In this document: in pieces, positions 56,267-64,000 of the stretch
How the letters are laid out: each line of letters starts with the position of its first letter
Numbering within the stretch: the first letter of the stretch is position 1
Virus record (IMG/VR): IMGVR_UViG_3300025769_000099
Location: 1,532-65,531 of that record
DNA from: a virus
Taxonomy: Duplodnaviria > Caudoviricetes
Strand: one strand, 5' to 3'
Length of the DNA: 64,000 nt
Translations under genes and position numbers: made by a program
Notes under the pieces: model-generated
What the model was told of the DNA's origin: nothing
Databases searched by the model: none
Seen by the model: only the letters and a program-made list of their open reading frames with translations

Positions 56267-59200
56267 ATGCCAGATATTAAACATTACTTCCGTTCAGGTA
56301 AAATGAATAAAGACCTGGACGAGAGATTAGTACCTAATGGAGAGTATAGAGACGCTCTTAATATTGAGATGTCTACATCTGATGGTGATGATGTAGGTAC
56401 TGTTCAAAATGTTAGAGGAACTACACAGGTATTAGGTAAAGTTTACGATTCAAATAAAAAAACTATAACTAGCAATTGGGGTACTGATAGCTTTGGTTTA
56501 ACTAATGCAATTTGTGTTGGTACCAAGTTAAACAACGAGAACGATAGAATATATTGGTTTATAAAAGCTGATGAGGCTGATTGTATTGCTGAGTACGATG
56601 ATAATACCGGTGTAATATCACCAGTATTAGTAGATGCAAATAATATACTTGGATTTGAAACAAACACGTATATAACAGGTATAAACGTGTTAGATGGTAT
56701 GTTAATGTGGACAGATGGTGAAAAAGAACCTAAAAAAATAGATATAGAGATATTTAAGTCTGGTTGTGGCTCAAACTTTACAACACATACTAAGTATACT
56801 GGCCAAAAAATTCTTCCTGAAAATTTATCAGCAGCTTCTAGTTTTACAGAACAACATATAACTGTAGCTAAAAAAGCCCCAATGGGTAAACCAACGCTAA
56901 CAATGAGCTCCTCCACAAGAGGTGGTAACGGTACTGGTTCATCTTCAGTTAATGTAAGTAATGCAGTTAATACAACGTTTACAGATTCAGAAGGTGTTGC
57001 AAAGGCAGCTGGAACTTCTATACCTTTAACATTTTCACCGCTACCTAACTGGATAGTAGGTGATATAATAACTTGTACGGCCATATATGAAGATCTAGGC
57101 CAACAAGAAACATTTGAAATAAAACTATTAATAAACGCTATAAGCGCTAATAATACATTTACATGTATAATACAAAGTATTCCTGTAGAAATACCTTATG
57201 TTCCTTTACAATGGGAAGCTATATTAAGTGAAGAAGGTGTTTTATTTGAAAAGAAATTTGTAAGCTTTGCTTACAGATGGAAATATTATTCTGGTGAATA
57301 TTCTACATTTTCACCTTTTAGTGAATTAGCATTTTTACCCGACACTTTTGAATACTTATCTACCAACGGTTATAATGATGGTATGATAAACAATTTAAGA
57401 CAATTAACAATAAACATAACAGAATCAAGACCTGTTGATGTAGAAGAGGTTGAAATACTATATAAAGAGTCAAACAATAACAATGTATACGTTGTAGATA
57501 CACTTAAGTATGCTTCTGATGGCACTTTTCCTACCGACTATAAGTTAGAGTCAGAAATAATAAGTAAGACTGTAGAAACTAATCAAATGATTAGACCTTG
57601 GGACAACGTGCCAAGAAAAGCACTTGCTCAAGAAGTTACAGCTAATAGACTTATATACGCTAACTACTTACAAAACTACGACATACCTGATTTCAATAAA
57701 CCTGATGTTAGCATGAATATCTCACAAACTGCTATTACGACGGTTAAAGAACCTCAGTTATCTATAAAATCACTTAGAACGTATCAAGCAGGTGTCGTTT
57801 ATATAGACCAATATAATAGACAATCACCTGTATTTACTAGCTCAAACGCTTCAAAACAAACTAGTAAAGATTATGCAAAAACAGTAAATGCAATAAACGT
57901 TACTTTAAATAATCAGCCACCAGACTGGGCAACACATTTTAAATACTACGTAAAAGAAACTTCTAACGAGTACTATAATTTAGCTATGGATAGATATTAT
58001 CTAGCTGAAGATGGTAATGTATGGTTAAGCTTTCCATCATCTGAAAGAAACAAAGTTGATGAAGAAACTTATTTAATATTAAAGAAAAAGCATGATTCTG
58101 ATGATTTTGTAACAACAAAGTCTAGATATAAGATATTAGATATATCAAATGACGCTCCTGATTTTCTAAAGTTAAAAGAAAGAGCCATAGCAACTGGTGA
58201 TGTAATAGCTAGATCATCTAGTATACCGCAAATTGGTAGTATATCATTTGAGTTTTTAGGACCAGATCCAGTTTCTAACCCTAGTTTTGGTGAGGGATTT
58301 TCATCTGATGCTGTAATTCAAATAGCTGTAGGTGGTGTTAAAACAGATAAATATAAAGTACTTAGTGGTGGTCCAACTGGTGATCAAGATGGTGGTGTTG
58401 CTAATAAAAAACATATATACAAAATAACATTAGAAGAACCTATTAAAACAGGTGACACCATGGTTAGTAGTTTATCATCTGGAGATGCTTTTGAAGTAAC
58501 GCTTTTTGAAGAAAAGTTTGAAAGAAAAGCTGAGTTTTATGGTAGATTTTTTGTTAAAATAAATAGAGATGGTAATTTTGACACTAACATTATAGCTAGC
58601 TTTCCGGAAGAAAACGAAGAGTACGGTATATCGGATGCTAGAACTATATTTCAAAACTGTCCAAACACCGGTCCTGGTGATTCAACATCTGAAGCATCAT
58701 GGTTTGATACACGAGCTAGACACAATAAAGTAAGTCAAGCTAATAATGGTCACCCTAAGTTAGGATCTCATGATATGACAGTTGTTTTTGCAGGTGGACC
58801 TAAAAGTGGTGAGAAAAACTTTGGTGCAAGTCATGGTGTTCCTAATGATTTTTTAGGATCATTACAGCAACATGGTACTTTATTTAGGTTTAAAGGTAGT
58901 TCAGCTAACGCACTAGGTGAAATATATAAAGTAACAAACTGCGAAGTAGTTTATAAATATAGGAGAAACGGTAGAAAAAAATTATTCTCAAGTAAACAGA
59001 GAAGATACAAGATAACTTTTGAGCATCATAAAAATGGTACTCCATATGAAGATCCTTTTACTTTTCCTTCATCTGGTAACGCTTCTAACTATGCTGATGA
59101 AATACAGATATTACAAAATGTAATAACAACAGACGTTGAAGTTTTAACATCTGATAACCCGGCTATATGGGAGACAGAGCCTAAAGAAGCTGTTGAGTTA

Positions 59201-62200
59201 GATCTTTACTACGAAACTGGTTTATCAAGACCAATATCTGAACATGGCAGTACACACGCATTAGATTTTAAAAACTGCTACTCGTTTGGTAACGGTGTAG
59301 AGTCTGATAGAATAAATGATGATTATAATGCTCCTAGAATGGGTAAAGGAGTTAAAGTGTCAGCTGTTTTAGACGAGCCATATAAAGAAGAAAGAAGAAA
59401 AAATGGTTTAATATACTCAGGTATATTTAATTCAACAAGCGGTGTTAATAAACTTAATCAGTTTATACAAGGTGAAGCTATAACTAAAGATTTAAATCCA
59501 CACTACGGAGGTATACAAAAGCTACACGCTAGAAATACAGATTTAATAGTTTTATGCGAAGACAAGTGTTTAAAAGTTTTAGCAAATAAAGATGCAATAT
59601 TTGAAGCAAGTGGTAACCCACAATTAACAGCTACTAATAGAGTTTTAGGTCAAGCTGTTCCTTTCATAGGCGAGTATGGTATATCAAAAAACCCAGAATC
59701 TTTTGCTTCTTATGCTTATAGATGTTATTTTACAGATAAATCAAGAGGTGTTGTTATTAGATTATCAAGAGATGGTTTAACTGCAATATCAGAGCATGGT
59801 ATGAGAGACTTTTTTAAAGACACTTTACCAAGTTCAACATTGATATTAGGTAGTTACGATGGTAGCAAAGGTTTATACAATTTAACTTTAGACGGACAAA
59901 CAGTTGCTTTTGACGAAAAAGTAAAAGGATTTCCTAGTTTTAAATCATTTATACCAGAAGGTGCAATATCTTTAAATAACAAGTACTACTCTTTCAAAAA
60001 TGGTGAAATGTTTGTACATGACAATGCTGTTAGAAATAATTTCTATGGAGTACAGTATGAATCGTCTGTTACATTTTTAATAAATGAAATGCCAGAAACT
60101 ATTAAAGGTTTCAAAACATTAAATTATGGTGGATCTCCATCAAGAGTTTACACAAATAACTATGGTAATTCTACATCTACAAACACTAAAGGTTGGTACT
60201 GTGATTATATAAACACAGATACTCAACAAGGTTTTATAAAAGAGTTCAAGAAAAAAGAAGGTAGGTTCTATAATCATATTAAGGGCGAAGCTACAACATT
60301 AGAAAACTTAGATTCAAAAGAATTTAACGTTCAAGGTATAGGTCAGTTAACAACTATATCTGGTGACACAGCTCTTAGTGATAGAACAGTTACAGTAAGT
60401 TTAACAGGTATAGCTAACTCAACAAACCCAGGTTCTACATTTGATGTCGAAGTTGGTAGTGAAATACATAGCACTAACTCTAGTGTAACTGTTTTAATAA
60501 CACCAGATACTGGATCTACATTAACAGCTGGAGATTTAAGTGTTGCTGGAAGCGCTACCGGTGCTTATGTTGATAGTGTTAGTTTTGCTCAGAGTGGTTT
60601 AAACGTTATAGCAACAATAAACTTCACAGATGGTGTTAACATGCCATCTAGTAATTTAAATATTTCATTAGCCGTAACAGGTGATGGTGTTTTAAATAAA
60701 TACAAATTACAAAACTTAGTTCTAGTAGATCAAAGTGATGGTAATATAGCTACTGCTGTAACTTACAACGGTAGTGGTAATAATGAAACAGCAAACCCAA
60801 GTGGTAATCAATTAGGTTATAAAGCTGAATATGGAACACAGAATGCGGTTGCTGTTGTTAAGTTTAACTTAAATAATGCTTATAACTTTAAAAAACCACC
60901 TGGTTTTAAAATAACAGTTGAAGATAATGATCCTGAAAGTTATTATGTAGTAACTCATCAAGATAAAGATTCTACTGCTGCTGATATAACAATAGGTGTA
61001 GCTCCTACAACATCTTCTAACGCAAAATCTACAGCACAAGCATCTGACTCGACTTTAGAGCTTGAAGCTGCTAATGTTAATATAGTTGCAGGTATGACAC
61101 TTTCAGCTGCATCACACCCAAGCGGTTGGAGTGTTCAATCAGGAACTACAGTTTCTAGTGTAAATGGAGTAAATATAACACTAAACCAAGATATATCAAC
61201 ATCAAGTGCAGATACACCAGCTAACCACGAAATTACTTTTACAGGACCAACACCAACTTTAGAAGATGTAGATCAAAGATGGTTTACTGTTCAGTATAAG
61301 TTTCCAGCACAAGACACAAACAAAAATGAAATAGTGTTTAACGCTGAATCAGTTTTAGAAAACGATCCTGATCAAAACAAGATAACAGGCTACAATGTTG
61401 TAGGTGGTAATAATGTAGGTAGATTTGCTACTACTAAACAGGTCAAAATATTTGGTGCTGTAGGTGCAGATTTTAGAGTTAAGAACTTTACAACATCAAC
61501 AGCTAGCACACCGGCTGGTAGCACAACTATATTAAATTTAACAGCTACAAACAATGATATAAGACCAGGTATGCTTATAACAGGTACTGGCGTAAGTGGA
61601 ACTGTTACAGTTGTTAGTATAAATGGTACGCAAATTACAATGTCTAACAATCAAGGAATAAACTCCACAACATTAACTTTTTCACAATGGTGGAATGGTA
61701 CTACGTTTGTAAGTTCTCAAACTGACTTAGAAATACCATCAATAGGTTTTTATAGTGTTAACATACCTTTCTTTGAAACCTCTGTAAGTAGCAGGTATTA
61801 TTTATTAATAGAAGCAATAAGTCCAACAGCTTTGTTACCTATAACTCCATCAAGTTCTGGAGATCCTGTTTTACAAGGAAACGTATACAACTCTTCTAAT
61901 GTTGTACAAAATCCATTTTATATAAATCAACTTTCAAATGTAGATTTAACACTTGGTATGGCAACAACTAGTGATTTTACTATAACATCTAGTAGCGCTA
62001 CAAAAACATATACAGCTTTATCCTACCCTGTAGAAACATCAGATTTTGCTGAGTTTGATTTAACTTTAACAGCAACAGCTACTAATAACATAACTAAACT
62101 AAGAGATCCAGAAGTAGATGATTGGTCAAACTTTGTGTCTACAACTGATGATATAGATTTATTTGCGAATGATTTCGAATTAGATTATCAAACACCTATA

Positions 62201-62740
62201 ATAAACATAGTTAATACTAGTAGTCCAAAAACAATAAGTATAACAGGTAAAATGTTTGTTAGTAAGTATGGTAGTGATGATTTAACATCTAACTTAAACA
62301 TAAATAGTTTCGCTTCGGTTTCAGGTGGTTCTAGTTCTGGTGGATCAAGATTATACACACCTACAGTTACTGGAGCAGGTGGTGGATTAATACTTGGTCA
62401 ACACAGAGCAACATATAATGATGGTAATGGAAATAGTGGAACAGCAGCTAAAAACGTATTAATCGGAACAGCAAGTGGAACTAACTTAACTAGTGGCACT
62501 GGTGTTATGTATGGTAACTTCTACGGTAACTCATTTAATGAGATAACATTGACTATATCAGCTGATTCAAGTTCAGCCTTCCATCAATCAACAAATTTAA
62601 CTGTAACTAAAACAAGTATAGTAGGTGTTGCACCGTCACAAGATTTACATTATAGTTGGACAGCTCAACTAGATGAAGAAATTGATTCTGCATCTGATAT
62701 GACGTTCAACATACATGTAGCACTTGCTTCAGAACCTTAA
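56267..62740 (+). CDS. Large tail stabilization/muzzle-like protein with beta-rich C-terminal extension
   Basis: KMNKDLDERLVPNGEYRDALN, SFGNGVESDRI and YGISKNPESFA. Confidence 0.7.
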   Translation: MPDIKHYFRSGKMNKDLDERLVPNGEYRDALNIEMSTSDGDDVGTVQNVRGTTQVLGKVYDSNKKTITSNWGTDSFGLTNAICVGTKLNNENDRIYWFIKADEADCIAEYDDNTGVISPVLVDANNILGFETNTYITGINVLDGMLMWTDGEKEPKKIDIEIFKSGCGSNFTTHTKYTGQKILPENLSAASSFTEQHITVAKKAPMGKPTLTMSSSTRGGNGTGSSSVNVSNAVNTTFTDSEGVAKAAGTSIPLTFSPLPNWIVGDIITCTAIYEDLGQQETFEIKLLINAISANNTFTCIIQSIPVEIPYVPLQWEAILSEEGVLFEKKFVSFAYRWKYYSGEYSTFSPFSELAFLPDTFEYLSTNGYNDGMINNLRQLTINITESRPVDVEEVEILYKESNNNNVYVVDTLKYASDGTFPTDYKLESEIISKTVETNQMIRPWDNVPRKALAQEVTANRLIYANYLQNYDIPDFNKPDVSMNISQTAITTVKEPQLSIKSLRTYQAGVVYIDQYNRQSPVFTSSNASKQTSKDYAKTVNAINVTLNNQPPDWATHFKYYVKETSNEYYNLAMDRYYLAEDGNVWLSFPSSERNKVDEETYLILKKKHDSDDFVTTKSRYKILDISNDAPDFLKLKERAIATGDVIARSSSIPQIGSISFEFLGPDPVSNPSFGEGFSSDAVIQIAVGGVKTDKYKVLSGGPTGDQDGGVANKKHIYKITLEEPIKTGDTMVSSLSSGDAFEVTLFEEKFERKAEFYGRFFVKINRDGNFDTNIIASFPEENEEYGISDARTIFQNCPNTGPGDSTSEASWFDTRARHNKVSQANNGHPKLGSHDMTVVFAGGPKSGEKNFGASHGVPNDFLGSLQQHGTLFRFKGSSANALGEIYKVTNCEVVYKYRRNGRKKLFSSKQRRYKITFEHHKNGTPYEDPFTFPSSGNASNYADEIQILQNVITTDVEVLTSDNPAIWETEPKEAVELDLYYETGLSRPISEHGSTHALDFKNCYSFGNGVESDRINDDYNAPRMGKGVKVSAVLDEPYKEERRKNGLIYSGIFNSTSGVNKLNQFIQGEAITKDLNPHYGGIQKLHARNTDLIVLCEDKCLKVLANKDAIFEASGNPQLTATNRVLGQAVPFIGEYGISKNPESFASYAYRCYFTDKSRGVVIRLSRDGLTAISEHGMRDFFKDTLPSSTLILGSYDGSKGLYNLTLDGQTVAFDEKVKGFPSFKSFIPEGAISLNNKYYSFKNGEMFVHDNAVRNNFYGVQYESSVTFLINEMPETIKGFKTLNYGGSPSRVYTNNYGNSTSTNTKGWYCDYINTDTQQGFIKEFKKKEGRFYNHIKGEATTLENLDSKEFNVQGIGQLTTISGDTALSDRTVTVSLTGIANSTNPGSTFDVEVGSEIHSTNSSVTVLITPDTGSTLTAGDLSVAGSATGAYVDSVSFAQSGLNVIATINFTDGVNMPSSNLNISLAVTGDGVLNKYKLQNLVLVDQSDGNIATAVTYNGSGNNETANPSGNQLGYKAEYGTQNAVAVVKFNLNNAYNFKKPPGFKITVEDNDPESYYVVTHQDKDSTAADITIGVAPTTSSNAKSTAQASDSTLELEAANVNIVAGMTLSAASHPSGWSVQSGTTVSSVNGVNITLNQDISTSSADTPANHEITFTGPTPTLEDVDQRWFTVQYKFPAQDTNKNEIVFNAESVLENDPDQNKITGYNVVGGNNVGRFATTKQVKIFGAVGADFRVKNFTTSTASTPAGSTTILNLTATNNDIRPGMLITGTGVSGTVTVVSINGTQITMSNNQGINSTTLTFSQWWNGTTFVSSQTDLEIPSIGFYSVNIPFFETSVSSRYYLLIEAISPTALLPITPSSSGDPVLQGNVYNSSNVVQNPFYINQLSNVDLTLGMATTSDFTITSSSATKTYTALSYPVETSDFAEFDLTLTATATNNITKLRDPEVDDWSNFVSTTDDIDLFANDFELDYQTPIINIVNTSSPKTISITGKMFVSKYGSDDLTSNLNINSFASVSGGSSSGGSRLYTPTVTGAGGGLILGQHRATYNDGNGNSGTAAKNVLIGTASGTNLTSGTGVMYGNFYGNSFNEITLTISADSSSAFHQSTNLTVTKTSIVGVAPSQDLHYSWTAQLDEEIDSASDMTFNIHVALASEP

Positions 62741-62750
62741 TAGATAAAAC

Positions 62751-63068
62751 ATGCCAAATATAACAATGACATTTCCGCACATACAAGATTCAGTACAAAT
62801 TGGTGATACAGCTTATTATCAAAACACTGGTGGTACTATAGTACAAATGGGTTTAATAACAGCTGTTACTAACACTAGTGTAAGTTGCGATATAGGTGGT
62901 TTAGTTACTAGACCTACTAGTAGTGATTTTATACTATTTAGTAAAGATAGTAGAGGTAATACTTCTTCTATAAGAGGTTATTATGCTGAGGTTAAAATGA
63001 AAAACGATGCAACTACAGCTTGTGAACTGTATGATGTTGGTAGTGAAGTGTTTGAATCGAGCAAATAA
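62751..63068 (+). CDS. Small tail-associated protein
   Basis: RGYYAEVKMKND; context. Confidence 0.55.
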   Translation: MPNITMTFPHIQDSVQIGDTAYYQNTGGTIVQMGLITAVTNTSVSCDIGGLVTRPTSSDFILFSKDSRGNTSSIRGYYAEVKMKNDATTACELYDVGSEVFESSK

Positions 63069-63102
63069 CGTGTAATAATATTAATAAGATAAATATAACA
63101 AT

Positions 63103-63705
63103 ATGGCATTAGGAGCAGGTGTAATAAGCGCTGGAGTTCAAGGTTTAGCAGGTATCGCTGGTGGTATAATCGGTGGTGGTAAGCGAAGACGTGAACAAAG
63201 AGCTGCACAACAAGAAATGGCAAGAGCCAAAGCTAGAATGATGAACCTAGATACATCAAACTTAGCTGCTAATATGGAAAATCCATACGAAGACTTAACA
63301 GTTAATACTCAGGCTGCTGACTTTGCAGCTCAACAGAACCAAGCTTCTTTAGCTAACACAATGTCTGGCTTGCAAGGCGCTGCTGGTGGATCTGGTATTG
63401 CTGCTTTAGCACAGTCAATGGCTAACGCAAGTGCTCAACAAAACCAAGCTGCATCTGCTAGTATAGCTCAACAAGAAAGTGCTAATGCTAAAATGGCTGC
63501 ACAAGGAGCAATGCAAGTACAACAAGCAGATATAGCCGGTGCAACAGCTGCTAGAGGATTAGAATATCAAAAAACTGGTGGACTAATGAGTATGGCACAA
63601 AACAGATTAGGTGCTGCAAACGCTGCTAGATCAGCAGCTACACAAAGTATAATGGGTGGTATCGGCGCTTTAGGTACAGCAGCTGATTTAGAAATGAATA
63701 AATAA
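63103..63705 (+). CDS. Putative internal virion/ejection protein
   Basis: G/A/Q-rich with Gly-rich hydrophobic ends. Confidence 0.55.
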   Translation: MALGAGVISAGVQGLAGIAGGIIGGGKRRREQRAAQQEMARAKARMMNLDTSNLAANMENPYEDLTVNTQAADFAAQQNQASLANTMSGLQGAAGGSGIAALAQSMANASAQQNQAASASIAQQESANAKMAAQGAMQVQQADIAGATAARGLEYQKTGGLMSMAQNRLGAANAARSAATQSIMGGIGALGTAADLEMNK

Positions 63706-63713
63706 TAATTAAA

Positions 63714-64000
63714 ATGGCAACAACAAAAAATCCAAGTTATTTTTCAAACTTAAAAACACCCGCGGCTAATATGGCTTACGGTACAGGTATTAACGTATTT
63801 AATGCTGTATCAAAAGGCGCTTCATCCGCTGGAAAAATAACTAAATCAGGCCCAACGCAAGCAGAGTTGGAACAACAGAGAAATGAAGAAATAGTAGCTA
63901 GAAACTTAGAAACTGCTCCTCAAATAGACTTTTCAATGTTTCCAGATCTACCACAGTCAATGAGAGAGAAAATAATGGATTTGGTAAAAAATAAAGGTGC
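63714..64000 (+). CDS. Hypothetical protein, 3'-truncated
   Basis: ATG at 63714 (MATTKNPSYF...) and open to the window end. Confidence 0.55.
   Translation, partial: MATTKNPSYFSNLKTPAANMAYGTGINVFNAVSKGASSAGKITKSGPTQAELEQQRNEEIVARNLETAPQIDFSMFPDLPQSMREKIMDLVKNKG

Noticed and set aside
1-64000. Stop-codon reassignment as in some crAss-like phages
   Set aside because: Genes are full length and densely packed in the standard code, and no suppressor tRNA is seen
1-64000. Prophage or integrative element
   Set aside because: No integrase, att-flanked host genes or repressor module is seen; all content is phage-like

Overview
The window is part of an AT-rich lytic tailed-phage genome that reads in the standard genetic code. 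The structural genes look podovirus/crAss-like and the host is probably a Bacteroidetes/Flavobacteria bacterium; both assignments are inferred from gene content. Layout: (1) 1-10.2 kb, + strand: the 3' part of a giant putative ejected protein, an outer-membrane/periplasmic module, lysis genes, small basic proteins and a methyltransferase. (2) 10.3-30.3 kb, - strand: glycosyltransferases and oxygenases, class I RNR, MazG, a ThyA-fold enzyme with the dCMP-type Asp signature, primase-helicase, recombination genes, a sigma factor, DenV, ligase, many small early genes behind a repeated 25-bp promoter motif, and a cluster of structured RNAs (tRNA-CAT, a tmRNA-TLD-like mini-RNA and others). (3) 30.8-64 kb, + strand: GroEL/GroES, holin, tail fibres, two giant Thr-rich mucin-like proteins flanked by a methyltransferase and a KpsC/S-like glycosyltransferase, then terminase, portal, scaffold, major capsid and tail genes. 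The best candidates for novel systems are a phage-encoded glycosylated mucin-like fibre system, a set of tRNA/tmRNA-mimic small RNAs, and a cytosine-modification pathway. All product calls come from motif recognition; no database searches were run.
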